64,000 nucleotides of DNA from Patescibacteria group bacterium (GCA_028748975.1 JAQTPI010000001.1:64354-128353), one strand, 5' to 3'; numbered from the stretch's first letter, positions 45,700 through 54,796 are shown. A program made the numbers and translations. Notes: generated by a model from the letters alone, not told the origin.

Positions 45700-45790
45700 T
45701 TTTATTGGTTATTGTCAGATGTTAAAAAGTGGTGTATAATTAATGTAGAGTGGTAAAAAGTGGAAAAAAGTGGATAACTAGTGTAAAACA
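45700..45790 (+). promoter_or_regulatory. dcw promoter with MraZ operator repeats
   Basis: TTGTCA (45712-17) -17- TATAAT (45735-40). AAGTGG boxes recur at a 10-bp period downstream (45727, 45751, 45758, 45768). They are flanked by the inverted pair GTTATCCACTT (45704) / AAGTGGATAAC (45767). Confidence 0.7.
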
Positions 45791-45838
45791 ATTTGGTTTT
45801 AAGCTAAGTTTTGAACTAACCACGCTAAAAATAACACA

Positions 45839-45882
45839 ACGGGATCCCTCGGCCGATGAAATATCGGCCTCGGGATGACAAA
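45839..45882 (-). repeat. family R1 element in the mraZ 5' UTR
   Basis: acgggatccctcggccgatgaaatatcggcctcgggatgacaaa. Confidence 0.7.
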
Positions 45883-45891
45883 CACAGTAAC

Positions 45892-46323
45892 ATGTTCATC
45901 GGCGAATATCTTCATGGTTTAGACGCTAAAAACAGATTGGCTATTCCAGCCAAATTTCGGGCTGAACTGAAAAGCGGGGCAGTCTTGACGCGTGGTTTGG
46001 ATTCCTGCCTTTTTCTTCTAACCAAAAAAGATTGGGAGAAATTTATGGAAAAAATCTCCGGCTCGCCTTTGGGCAAAGCCGATGCCCGCGGGTTTTCCCG
46101 TTTTATGCTGGCTGGCGCCATGGAAGTGAAATTAGATGGGCTTGGCCGCATTCTCTTGCCCGATTATCTTAAAAAATATGCCGCTTTGGCCAAAAAAGCC
46201 GCCATCATCGGCGTCAACAACCGTTTGGAAATTTGGGACGAAGCCAAATGGGCGTTGTATAAAAAAGGCATTGAAAAACAGGCTGACGAGCTGGCGGAAA
46301 GAATGGGAGAGTTGGGCGTGTAA
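45892..46323 (+). CDS. mraZ: transcriptional regulator MraZ
   Basis: Duplicated DXXXR-type MraZ domains (LDAKNRLAIP and LDGLGRILLP). The upstream ORF-track extension reads through a repeat element. Confidence 0.85.
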   Translation: MFIGEYLHGLDAKNRLAIPAKFRAELKSGAVLTRGLDSCLFLLTKKDWEKFMEKISGSPLGKADARGFSRFMLAGAMEVKLDGLGRILLPDYLKKYAALAKKAAIIGVNNRLEIWDEAKWALYKKGIEKQADELAERMGELGV

Positions 46324-46408
46324 GCATGAAAACATAAAAGCATTAAAGCATGAAAACAATTCCTTATTGATTTGTTTTAATGCTCTAGTGTTTTAATGTT
46401 TTAATGTT

Positions 46409-47287
46409 ATGGCTATCCATAAATCAGTTTTATTGAAAGAGGTTTTAGAATATTTAAATCCGGAACCAAACCATAATTTTATTGATTGTACTTTCGGCGG
46501 TGGGGGACACAGCCGGGAAATCTTGAAAAGAATCGCGCCAGCTGGTAAACTTTTGGCCATTGATGCGGATGCTGAAACCAGAAATCAGAAACCAGAAATC
46601 AGGGATGACAAAAATTTTATCTTTGTCAACGCTAACTTCCGCGATTTGGAAAACATTGTCAAAGAAAATTTTCCTTACCCTGTTAATGGAATTCTGATGG
46701 ACTTGGGGCTTTCTTCGGATCAATTGGAATCTTCCGGCCGCGGTTTCACTTTTCAAAAAGATGAGCCCCTGGACATGCGCTTTGATACTCGCAAAGAAAC
46801 CAAAGCGGCTGACATCCTTAATTTTGGTTCTCTAGATTATTTAAAAAATATATTTGAAAATTACGGCGAAATTCGCCCAGCGGAAAAATTGGCCAGAAAA
46901 ATTATTGATTTAAGAAAACAAAAGAAATTTCAGACCACCTTTGATCTGGTGGCGGCGGTGGACGAAGCGGGCATTAAATCTCGCAGTCCCAAAATTAATT
47001 CGGCCACGCTGGCTTTTCAGGCGCTGCGCCTCGCGGTCAATGATGAACTGGGCGCCCTGAAAAATGTTTTGCCCGCGGCTCTAAATGTTTTAGCGCCCGG
47101 CGGCCGGTTGGCTGTAATTTCTTTTCACGCCCTGGAAGATAAAATTGTCAAAAATGTTTTTCGTGATTGGTACAAAGCCGGGGCGGTCAGACTTTTAACC
47201 AAAAAACCAGTCGCGCCGAGTTGGGAAGAAGTGAAAACGAATAATAGAAGTCGTAGTGCTAAATTAAGGGTGATTGAAAAAATATAA
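46409..47287 (+). CDS. rsmH: 16S rRNA m4C1402 methyltransferase RsmH (MraW)
   Basis: FIDCTFGGGGHS SAM motif, directly downstream of mraZ. Contains an in-frame tandem repeat (gaaaccagaaatca x2) at 46570-46600. Confidence 0.9.
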   Translation: MAIHKSVLLKEVLEYLNPEPNHNFIDCTFGGGGHSREILKRIAPAGKLLAIDADAETRNQKPEIRDDKNFIFVNANFRDLENIVKENFPYPVNGILMDLGLSSDQLESSGRGFTFQKDEPLDMRFDTRKETKAADILNFGSLDYLKNIFENYGEIRPAEKLARKIIDLRKQKKFQTTFDLVAAVDEAGIKSRSPKINSATLAFQALRLAVNDELGALKNVLPAALNVLAPGGRLAVISFHALEDKIVKNVFRDWYKAGAVRLLTKKPVAPSWEEVKTNNRSRSAKLRVIEKI

Positions 47288-47289
47288 AA

Positions 47290-47380
47290 TGCGAATTATT
47301 ACAAATTTTGTGCGAATTTTACGAACAGATTATTTGATGTTTATTCGCACAATTCGCAGGTAATTCGCCATTAATTCGCA
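47290..47380. repeat. family R4 inverted array after rsmH
   Basis: tgcgaattattacaaattttgtgcgaattttacgaac...attcgcacaattcgcaggtaattcgccattaattcgca. Confidence 0.75.
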
Positions 47381-47549
47381 TAAGACACGGTAAAAAACAA
47401 CGAGCGGGTGAAAAATGAATAAATTTAATAAATAGTAGGGTTAATAGAAATATATAGGGAAAGCGTAAGCCGTCGAACTGACGGTAAAAACAAAAATAAA
47501 AATGTCCAAGTATTTTTCATTTTGCAATGATAAGCAGAAAAGGTTAAAT

Positions 47550-47864
47550 ATGGGCAAAAAAACACGCCGCGCCAAATGTTTAAACTTGAATTTAACTTCG
47601 CGCCTTTTTCTTTTGGGCTTGGTTTGTTTTGGTGTTTTTGCCTATGTTTTAACCGTCAACAACGGTTCGGTCAAGGGTTTTGAAATTTCCCGTTTGGAGA
47701 GCCAGCTTAATGAGCTGCAACTTCAAAATCAAAAATTAACTGACCAAGTGCAGGCCACCAAATCCCTTTCCACTCTGGAAGATAAAGTTAAAACACTCCA
47801 AATGGTGGCGGTTTCCAACATAGAATATCTGGATGTTAGTGGACCAGTGGCGATGGCAAAATAA
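47550..47864 (+). CDS. ftsL: cell division protein FtsL-like
   Basis: Small single-transmembrane protein with a coiled coil, at the canonical dcw position between rsmH and ftsI. The start is set at the internal Met. Confidence 0.55.
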   Translation: MGKKTRRAKCLNLNLTSRLFLLGLVCFGVFAYVLTVNNGSVKGFEISRLESQLNELQLQNQKLTDQVQATKSLSTLEDKVKTLQMVAVSNIEYLDVSGPVAMAK

Positions 47865-47865
47865 A

Positions 47866-47950
47866 AACTCAAAACTCAAGGAAAGGAAAACAGAAATTAG
47901 AAATCAGAAAACAGGGAAATCCTGATTACTAATTTCTGATTTCTGATTAC
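47866..47950. repeat. inverted array of GAAATCAG units preceded by AAAACTCAAAACTCA (R8)
   Basis: cagaaattagaaatcagaaaacagggaaatcctgattactaatttctgatttctgattac. The AAAACTCAAAACTCA unit recurs at 60900. Confidence 0.55.
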
Positions 47951-47969
47951 AATCTATGGCCCTTGCTTC

Positions 47970-49751
47970 TTGCTTTTTGTTTATTGTGTTTTGTGTTTTG
48001 AAATATCTATGTTTCACCGTCACGGCATCATCAAAAATAGCCATAAGGAAAATTCGGCGGCGCGGATAACAATTGTTGCCGCGCTGTTTTTCTTTTTGGC
48101 GGTTTTAATTGGACTCCGCCTTTTTTATTTGCAGGTCTGGCGCCATGGCTCTTTTCAAAATCAAAGCGATGAACAGCGTGGGTCTTTAAAAAAAATCATA
48201 CCTAGCCGTGGTTTAATTTATGCCGCCGATCAAGCTGGTGATAATCCATTGGTGGCCGATAATAAAGAATTATATCTGCTTTTCGCCGTGCCGCCGCAAA
48301 TTAAAAACGCCACCGCCACCGTGGATGCGCTCAATAAAATTTGGCCCCTGACGCAAACCGAACGGGAAAAAATTTGGCGCCAACTCCAAAAAGTAAATGA
48401 CCCCTACGAGCCCCTGCGGCATTATTTGACTGTGGAAGAAAAAAATAAAATTTTCGACTTGCAAATAGCTGGTTTGAATTTTTCTCCGGAAACCAAGAGA
48501 TATTATCCGGAAAAAAATATTTTTTCGCACCTGACCGGTTTTGTGGGTTTTGTCGGCGACAGCCAGGTGGGCAGTTATGGTTTGGAAGAATTTTTTGAAA
48601 GTGAATTAAAAGGCCAGAGTGGGGAAGTGAAACTGGAAAAAGACCCAGCCGGCCGTTTAATCGGCGTGGGTGACTTTGAAATCACTCCGGCTGTTAATGG
48701 CGCGGATTTATATTTAACCATTGACCGCCAAGTGCAATTCAAAACTTGTTCGGTTTTGGCGGAGACAATCAAAAAATTTGAAGCCGAGGGCGGTTCGGCT
48801 TTGGTGCAAGATCCCAACACTGGCGCGATTTTGGCGCTCTGCAATAACCCCGATTTTGATCCCAATAATTATAATCAAGTTGCCAGCGCCAGCGTCTATA
48901 CTAATCAGGCCATTGCTTCCCAATTTGAACCCGGTTCAATTTTTAAAGCTTTTACCATGGCCGTCGCGCTTGATGTTGGCGCGGTTACGCCGGAAACCAC
49001 CTATGAAGACAAGGGTGTTTTGGTTTTTGGCAAAGAAACTGTCCGCAATGCCGCTGATAAAGTCTATGGTCTCTCCAGCATGACCAAAGTCTTGGAATAT
49101 TCCATCAACACTGGCGCAGTTTTCGCTGCCGAGAGCGCCGGCCGCGAAAATATGAAAAAATATCTGGAGAATTTTGGTTTTGGCGTCAAGACCGGAATTG
49201 AATTTAAAAGCGAAGCCAAAGGCGATATTTCTTCTCTTAAAAATAAAAGTGCCATTTATTTGGCTACTTCTTCTTTTGGCCAAGGCATTGCGGTCACGCC
49301 CATTCAAATTTTAAATGCTTTTTCTGCCATCGCGAATGGCGGCAATCTCTATCAGCCTTTTGTTGTCAAAAAAATTATTTCCGCGGATGGCCGCAACAAA
49401 GAGATCGAGCCAAAAATAGTCCGCCGGGTAATTTCCGAACGCACCGCCAATGTTTTGAAGGCCATGTTGGTGTCGGTGATTGAAAATGGGCACGGCAAAC
49501 CCGCCGCGGTCAAAGGTTATTATGTCGGCGGCAAAACCGGTACTGCCGAAATTCCTTCGCCTGCCGGCGGCTATCTTAACGCTTTCAATCATTCTTTTGT
49601 TGGTTTTGCGCCGGCTGGGAGTCCGCGTTTCACTGTTTTTGTCAAAATAACCAATCCTAAAATGCGTTTTGCCGAAAGTACGGCCGCGCCCGCATTTGCG
49701 GAAATCATGAAATTTCTGCTAAACTATTACCAGGTTCCGACGGAACGGTAA
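47970..49751 (+). CDS. ftsI: class B penicillin-binding protein (FtsI/PBP2-like transpeptidase)
   Basis: N-terminal transmembrane helix, dimerisation domain and the SxxK (SIFK), SxN (SIN) and KTG (KTGTA) motifs. The exact start is uncertain. Confidence 0.85.
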   Translation: MLFVYCVLCFEISMFHRHGIIKNSHKENSAARITIVAALFFFLAVLIGLRLFYLQVWRHGSFQNQSDEQRGSLKKIIPSRGLIYAADQAGDNPLVADNKELYLLFAVPPQIKNATATVDALNKIWPLTQTEREKIWRQLQKVNDPYEPLRHYLTVEEKNKIFDLQIAGLNFSPETKRYYPEKNIFSHLTGFVGFVGDSQVGSYGLEEFFESELKGQSGEVKLEKDPAGRLIGVGDFEITPAVNGADLYLTIDRQVQFKTCSVLAETIKKFEAEGGSALVQDPNTGAILALCNNPDFDPNNYNQVASASVYTNQAIASQFEPGSIFKAFTMAVALDVGAVTPETTYEDKGVLVFGKETVRNAADKVYGLSSMTKVLEYSINTGAVFAAESAGRENMKKYLENFGFGVKTGIEFKSEAKGDISSLKNKSAIYLATSSFGQGIAVTPIQILNAFSAIANGGNLYQPFVVKKIISADGRNKEIEPKIVRRVISERTANVLKAMLVSVIENGHGKPAAVKGYYVGGKTGTAEIPSPAGGYLNAFNHSFVGFAPAGSPRFTVFVKITNPKMRFAESTAAPAFAEIMKFLLNYYQVPTER

Positions 49752-49881
49752 TAATTTTTTTATAGCCTGCCCTGAGCGCTAGCGAAGGGCACCAGCCGAA
49801 TTTTGGGGAGGCAATATTAAAATCGCTAGAACCATCAAAAAATCCCTTTGTTACTCCGTTACTTTGTTACTTTATTATTCA

Positions 49882-49939
49882 CCGCTTCGGCCACGGGATC
49901 CTTCGCCTCGCCCATGCTTGGGCGATGGCTCAGGATAGA
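49882..49939 (-). repeat. family R1 element with an internal insertion, just upstream of murF
   Basis: ccgcttcggccacgggatccttcgcctcgcccatgcttgggcgatggctcaggatag. Confidence 0.6.
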
Positions 49940-49952
49940 CTTAGTAAAACCT

Positions 49953-51230
49953 ATGAAAAAACTTCTTGATAAAACTTTAGCCGTTTTAGCTAAAGCCATA
50001 CTAAAGAAATACCGCCCCAAAATAATCGGCATCACTGGTTCCATGGGCAAGACCTCGGCTAAGGAGGCGGTTTTCACTGTTTTGAAAGACAAATTTAATG
50101 TCCGCCAAAATATCAAAAACTATAATACTGAAATTGGCCTGCCCTTAACCATCATCGGCGCCAAATCCGGCGGCAAGAACTTTTTTAAATGGCTGTCTGT
50201 TTTTGGACGCGCCTTGTTTTTATTAATCATTAAAGATCAGAAATATCCGTCAGTTTTAATTTTGGAAATGGGCGCTGACCATCCAGGCGACATTCAGCAT
50301 CTGGTCAAAATTGCTCCTTGCGATTTGGCCATCGTCACTTCCATCGGCCCCACCCATCTGGAATTTTTTGGCTCGGTGGAAAACGTAAAAAAAGAAAAAG
50401 AAAACATTGTGGCCCACCAAAAACCCACCGCCGTTGCCATTTTGAATTTTGACGATGAATTGGTCATGGCCATGAAAAAGAAAACCCTGGCCAAAGTTAT
50501 CACCGTGGGTTTTGGCGACGGAGCTGACATTCGCGTCACCGACACCAGTTTTGGTTTGGATGAAAAGACCAAAAAACCCTATCTCACTTTCAAGCTCCAT
50601 CATGCTGGCTCCCTTGTGCCGGTCAAACTTACCAAATGTTTGGCCGCCACTCACGTTTATTCTTTTCTTTTTGCCGTCGCCATCGGCACGGAGATGGGTT
50701 TTAGCACCTTGGCCATGATTGAATTATTGAAAGATTTTCAACCGCCGCGTGGCCGCATGAATCTTTTATCCGGCATCAAACACACCGAGCTGATTGACGA
50801 TACTTATAATTCTTCCCCGAGCGCCGCGCTGGCTGCTTTGGCTGTTTTATCAAAAATGACTGCCAAAAGAAAAATCGCCGTCCTCGGCGACATGCTGGAA
50901 TTGGGCGCGGAAACGGAAACGGAACACCAAACAGTCGGTAGAAAAGTTGCGGAATTAAATTTGGATTTACTTTTGGCCGTGGGCGAACGCGCGCGCAATT
51001 TTATTGTGGGCGCTCTAGCTCTCGGCTTTGATAAAAATAAAATTTTTCATTTTGACAATGTTTCCGCCGCCGGCCAATTTTTGCAGGATAAAATGGAACC
51101 GGGTGATTTGGTTTTAATTAAAGGCTCGCAGGGCGCGCGCATGGAAAAAATTGTTAAAGAAGTCATGGCTGAGCCGGAACGCGCCAAAGAACTTTTGGTG
51201 CGTCAAGACGAGGAGTGGATGAGAAAGTGA
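49953..51230 (+). CDS. murF: UDP-MurNAc-tripeptide--D-Ala-D-Ala ligase MurF
   Basis: GITGSMGKTS P-loop and Mur ligase middle and C-terminal domains. The upstream ORF-track extension is a translated repeat element. Confidence 0.85.
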   Translation: MKKLLDKTLAVLAKAILKKYRPKIIGITGSMGKTSAKEAVFTVLKDKFNVRQNIKNYNTEIGLPLTIIGAKSGGKNFFKWLSVFGRALFLLIIKDQKYPSVLILEMGADHPGDIQHLVKIAPCDLAIVTSIGPTHLEFFGSVENVKKEKENIVAHQKPTAVAILNFDDELVMAMKKKTLAKVITVGFGDGADIRVTDTSFGLDEKTKKPYLTFKLHHAGSLVPVKLTKCLAATHVYSFLFAVAIGTEMGFSTLAMIELLKDFQPPRGRMNLLSGIKHTELIDDTYNSSPSAALAALAVLSKMTAKRKIAVLGDMLELGAETETEHQTVGRKVAELNLDLLLAVGERARNFIVGALALGFDKNKIFHFDNVSAAGQFLQDKMEPGDLVLIKGSQGARMEKIVKEVMAEPERAKELLVRQDEEWMRK

Positions 51231-51240
51231 CACGACAGTG

Positions 51241-51280
51241 TCATCCTGAGCCCCGCAAATGCGGGGCGAAGGATCTCGTT
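51241..51280 (+). repeat. family R1 element, 11 nt after the murF stop
   Basis: gtcatcctgagccccgcaaatgcggggcgaaggatctcgt. Confidence 0.75.
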
Positions 51281-51386
51281 GTTGTTTAACGGCGTCGCGG
51301 CCCGTTTCGTCAGTCGTTAAAGGTTTTACGTTTAATTAAATCGTAAAACGATACGGGTGGCGACGTCGTATAACCACAACCCGTAT

Positions 51387-51424
51387 ATTCGCAAAATTCG
51401 CCGGTAATTCGCACTAATTCGAAT
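51387..51424. repeat. family R4 half-array abutting a promoter
   Basis: attcgcaaaattcgccggtaattcgcactaattcgaat, ending 12 nt before the TTGACA at 51436. Confidence 0.6.
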
Positions 51425-51435
51425 AATTACAAAAT

Positions 51436-51464
51436 TTGACACCTTTTTTAATTTGTCTATAATA
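51436..51464 (+). promoter_or_regulatory. sigma70-type promoter
   Basis: TTGACA-17-TATAAT upstream of the zinc-ribbon peptide. Confidence 0.6.
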
Positions 51465-51537
51465 GAATATATATAAAATAAAAATAAAAACCAGCCGTGT
51501 CTTAAAAGGCCTAAGCTGGATTTTAAAGAATAAAGTT

Positions 51538-51705
51538 ATGAAAGAATGTTCTTTTTGCGGCATGCCTCTTAAAAGCGATGCCGAAGCTGACCTTTGTGAT
51601 TTTTGCCTCAATGATGACGGCAAAGAAATGCTGGCCGCTCCCGCAGCGGAAGAGCTTGATTTGGAAAACCCGACTTCCACCGGCTGGACCGAGACAGTGG
51701 AGTAG
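51538..51705 (+). CDS. hypothetical small zinc-ribbon peptide
   Basis: 55-aa ORF with CxxC...CxxC. Consensus promoter at 51436-51464. Not in the ORF track (too short). Confidence 0.35.
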   Translation: MKECSFCGMPLKSDAEADLCDFCLNDDGKEMLAAPAAEELDLENPTSTGWTETVE

Positions 51706-51725
51706 TGTTTTTTGTTTTTTTAGCA

Positions 51726-51773
51726 GTTTATCCCGAGCGGCCTCCTAGGGAATTTAGGAGTCGAGGGATCTCG
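51726..51773 (+). repeat. family R2 element, 21 nt after the small ORF stop
   Basis: gtttatcccgagcggcctcctagggaatttaggagtcgagggatctcg. Confidence 0.7.
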
Positions 51774-51800
51774 TGAAAATTTATTGTGATTTACAGTAGG

Positions 51801-51832
51801 AGCGAGTTTTTAACTTGCTCTTTTTTTATTCG
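51801..51832 (+). terminator. intrinsic terminator
   Basis: gagcgagtt-tttaa-cttgctc followed by T7. Confidence 0.5.
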
Positions 51833-51966
51833 CAAAATTCGCCCGCCTCAACTCGCGGTCGCTCATCGACGCGAGGCGGGCTCTAAATTCGCATTTATTA
51901 GCAGTTAATTTTTGGCTAAGATTAGCCAAAAAAATGAATTATTTTAAAGTTATCCACTTTTTGCTC

Positions 51967-51995
51967 TTGACAAGTTTCCCAAAGTGCGCTATAAT
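51967..51995 (+). promoter_or_regulatory. sigma70-type promoter
   Basis: TTGACA-17-TATAAT. The same upstream module as the 8325 promoter. Confidence 0.65.
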
Positions 51996-52041
51996 AGAGA
52001 TAGGTAAAATAAAAATAAAAGCACCTAAATAAGAGGGAAAA

Positions 52042-52179
52042 ATGACTAAAAGTAGCTGCGTAGGATTATTTGTGGTGGTTATGGTCGCCATGGCCATGTC
52101 CATCAGCTCGCTTTTCTCCGCCAGTAAGGAGAAAACCGAGCACTCCACGACGATTGAAGTCGTCGTGACGGCCGAGTAG
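52042..52179 (+). CDS. hypothetical 45-aa hydrophobic peptide
   Basis: AAGAGGGAAAAATG site and a consensus promoter at 51967-51995. The N-terminus is signal-peptide or transmembrane-like. Confidence 0.35.
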   Translation: MTKSSCVGLFVVVMVAMAMSISSLFSASKEKTEHSTTIEVVVTAE

Positions 52180-52299
52180 TTTTAAGAGAATTCTAATCAA
52201 AAAGACAAACCACTTCTGTTGGGCAGGAAAAGATTTAATTTTTCTGACCCGCACCAAAATTCATCATCCGGCCGCGGAGCATTCAACATTTGCTCCGCA

Positions 52300-52392
52300 C
52301 CATTTTCCTAATCGGTAGTGATAAACTAGTGGTTAGAAAAATGGGCAAACGACCCAGAAGTTTCAGAATTTAAAACGCACCTGGCGTGTCCA
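52300..52392 (+). repeat. island direct repeat, copy 1 (R5)
   Basis: ccattttcctaatcggtagtgataaactagtggttagaaaaatgggcaaacgacccagaagtttcagaatttaaaacgcacctggcgtgtccagg. The 47-nt imperfect hairpin is cccattttcctaatc / ggttagaaaaatggg. Confidence 0.8.
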
Positions 52393-52418
52393 GGCAAAAT
52401 TAAATAAGGAGGTGATGT

Positions 52419-52730
52419 ATGAATACGGGAATAAGCGCAGGAACTTTGTTCACAATTTATTTCTTCTCTCTGATGGGGCTTCTGATTTTGATGAATCCCC
52501 GTGGAGGAAAAAAAATTGTGGCCACGGTTGGTTTCGTTCTTTTCATTTTTGGAACGACCAGCGCCTTACCCAGACTTCTTTTGCTTTTGGGCGTCAATGT
52601 GACCATAGGGGATGTTGGTCACATATTTCGGTTACAGCCAATATTCATCTGGCTGGGTTTGATTATTTATCTTGCGGGATTGTCGGTCAATACGCTTCCC
52701 AAGAAAAAAATGAAACTCGTCCGAAACTGA
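52419..52730 (+). CDS. hypothetical small membrane protein (island gene 1)
   Basis: AAGGAGG site, two to three transmembrane segments. Preceded by island repeat copy 1. Confidence 0.45.
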   Translation: MNTGISAGTLFTIYFFSLMGLLILMNPRGGKKIVATVGFVLFIFGTTSALPRLLLLLGVNVTIGDVGHIFRLQPIFIWLGLIIYLAGLSVNTLPKKKMKLVRN

Positions 52731-52756
52731 TTCGCCCCAACATCAACCTGGCGGCG

Positions 52757-52852
52757 CGTCTGCGAAACATCGTAGACGCCCGCCAGCCCATTTTCCTAAT
52801 CGGTAGTGATAAACTAGTGGTTAGAAAAATGGGCAAACGACCCAGAAGTTTC
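52757..52852 (+). repeat. island direct repeat, copy 2 (R5)
   Basis: 96 bp with 3 mismatches to copy 1. Preceded by a GC-rich hairpin. Confidence 0.8.
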
Positions 52853-52901
52853 AAAATCTAAAACGCGCCTGGCGTGTCCAGGAAATATCAAGGAGGAAGA
52901 A

Positions 52902-53603
52902 ATGAAGAAGTTGTTTGTGGTTTTAATGGCGGTCGTTATTTTGACCCCCGTGATTTGTCTTGCCGGTAGCAGTGAAAAATTCGAGCAAATTGGTGAGCCG
53001 TTTTTGATTATTGTTCCTGCGGATTACCATCACGACACCTACATGGAGTCGTTTGGTAAAAAATATAGTTCAGAATTTCCCAACTACCGTAGCTCTGGCG
53101 TGACTGCTGACAAATTCAGTCAGGTCACAACCAAGCTTTTGCCGAATCAAAAACTCGCGGTTACGGTCTACTTGGTGAAGTCCTGGACAATTTCAAGACA
53201 AGAAATCATAACATTTCTGAAAGCCAATAATGCCTTTCTCGTTGGAGCTCAGGGCTTGGCCTTGACCTTTGAACAAAAGCGTGATCAACTTCCCATAGGG
53301 TGTATCACTTCTTTTGATCAGAAAGAACACCTCTGGCGAGACATCGAAGGACACACAATGGAATTGAAGCTGTTTAAATTTGGACCCCCTAATGAATACC
53401 ATCCCGCTTTCGATTCTTGGCTTGGCCCTTCAGATGCATTAAACATCGGAGATATTTTTTTTCTTTGTTTTCGTGATGGTTTTACCGCGGTTGAAAAGAA
53501 ACAAAACGAAATCGCGGTTGAAAAGAAACAAAACGAAATCAAAGATCTGGAGGAAAAACTCGCTAAGGCAAAAGAAGAATTAGAAAGACTGAGTGGAAAG
53601 TAA
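52902..53603 (+). CDS. hypothetical secreted coiled-coil protein (island gene 2)
   Basis: AAGGAGGAAGAAATG site and a signal peptide. The C-terminus carries a duplicated AVEKKQNEI unit from a 27-bp tandem repeat. Preceded by island repeat copy 2. Confidence 0.5.
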   Translation: MKKLFVVLMAVVILTPVICLAGSSEKFEQIGEPFLIIVPADYHHDTYMESFGKKYSSEFPNYRSSGVTADKFSQVTTKLLPNQKLAVTVYLVKSWTISRQEIITFLKANNAFLVGAQGLALTFEQKRDQLPIGCITSFDQKEHLWRDIEGHTMELKLFKFGPPNEYHPAFDSWLGPSDALNIGDIFFLCFRDGFTAVEKKQNEIAVEKKQNEIKDLEEKLAKAKEELERLSGK

Positions 53604-53661
53604 AAATTTCGTTAACAATCAATACTGGCGCGCCTATTCTTAACAGAATAGTCCGCGCCAG

Positions 53662-53718
53662 CCCATTTTCCTAATCGGTAGTGATAAACTAGTGGTTAGA
53701 AAAATGGGCAAACGACCC
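53662..53718 (+). repeat. island direct repeat, copy 3 (R5, 57-bp core only)
   Basis: Identical hairpin core cccattttcctaatcggtagtgataaactagtggttagaaaaatgggcaaacgaccc, then it diverges. Confidence 0.8.
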
Positions 53719-53782
53719 ATTTTCCTCCTGGCCTTAGGGGGAATGTAAAAAATTACATTACAAATTTTTAGGAGGAAGATCA

Positions 53783-54022
53783 ATGATAGCTTTTGGAATC
53801 ATCGTGATGCTAATTGGAATTCTTTTTGCCCTCCTTCATTTTTTTGCCGGGGGCAACAAGAAATGTCTGTCCGTGACCGGTCTCTGTTGCGCCATCTTTT
53901 CATTGACGCCGTCATTGAAGACATGGCTCCACAATGACCCGAACGCGCTGGTATTTCAGGTCATATCTTTTCTTATCGGCGTGATTCTTTTTTTCATCGG
54001 ACTGACAGGCAAAAAAAACTGA
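53783..54022 (+). CDS. hypothetical small membrane protein (island gene 3)
   Basis: TAGGAGGAAG site, two transmembrane segments, and a GG(N/K)KK loop resembling gene 1. Preceded by island repeat copy 3. Confidence 0.45.
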   Translation: MIAFGIIVMLIGILFALLHFFAGGNKKCLSVTGLCCAIFSLTPSLKTWLHNDPNALVFQVISFLIGVILFFIGLTGKKN

Positions 54023-54198
54023 AAACTGATCAGCCGAAATTTTCCCGAAGGAAAATTTCGGCTGATCCTTCCACTTTTGTCCCTCACATCTGGTGGGGAA
54101 TAAATAGGAAGAAAATAAAATTTTTTCCAATATAAAAAAACTTTCATAATTCATAGACCGTCTTCTGCCAAAAGCAGAGACAAGAGGAGGAAATAGTC

Positions 54199-54687
54199 AT
54201 GGAAAAGCACCTGAACAAATTATTTTGGATTTTTGTAATCATGGCGGCCTTTGCCCTTGTCTGCCGTTCCAAGCCGGCGCGGTCGCAATCCGCTTCCAAC
54301 TCCGCCGCCGCTTTGGAAAAAACCCGTCAGGCCATCGCCGTTTTGGCAACGCTTGACCGCGACAAGTCAATCACCGGCCTTTCGGAGAAATATTTTCTCT
54401 GGGAAGCCAGGGTGCGGCTGGAATTGATCAATGTTTCCGCCGGTGATCTGCGGGAACTGGTATCCGACATTGGCGCCGTCGCCAGTTGGACCAAAAGTCC
54501 CCATGGTGGAAAGATCGCCGACCTCGTCTTAGCCGAGATGGCCAAACGGGCGAAAAAAATGTCCAAAAACGAAGTATATCAATACTTCGTTAAAGACAAC
54601 AACGTCGCCTGGAAACTGGCCTATACTGGCGCCGGAAACCTGATGGAGGTCTGGGACAAGGCGGGCGTCACCGAGTATCCCGTGTAA
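54199..54687 (+). CDS. hypothetical secreted protein
   Basis: GAGGAGG site and a signal peptide. GC-rich (~55%) relative to the flanks. Confidence 0.5.
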   Translation: MEKHLNKLFWIFVIMAAFALVCRSKPARSQSASNSAAALEKTRQAIAVLATLDRDKSITGLSEKYFLWEARVRLELINVSAGDLRELVSDIGAVASWTKSPHGGKIADLVLAEMAKRAKKMSKNEVYQYFVKDNNVAWKLAYTGAGNLMEVWDKAGVTEYPV

Positions 54688-54796
54688 ATTTTGACAGTTT
54701 GTCTGTCAGGCCGTTGCATCATATGCAGCGGCCTTTTTTATTTGTTTTTAATTTTATCCCTAATTACTGATTACTAATTACTTATTACTCCTCAGT

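Noticed and set aside
52340-52395. Sigma-54 promoter (TGGCAC-N5-TTGC) within the island repeat (ctggcgtgtccaggca)
   Set aside because: The -12 TTGC element is absent. The spacing does not fit.
52300-53718. CRISPR array interpretation of the three island direct repeats
   Set aside because: The repeats are 57-96 bp and separated by 360-800 bp of protein-coding sequence with ribosome-binding sites. There are no spacer-like unique segments and no cas genes.
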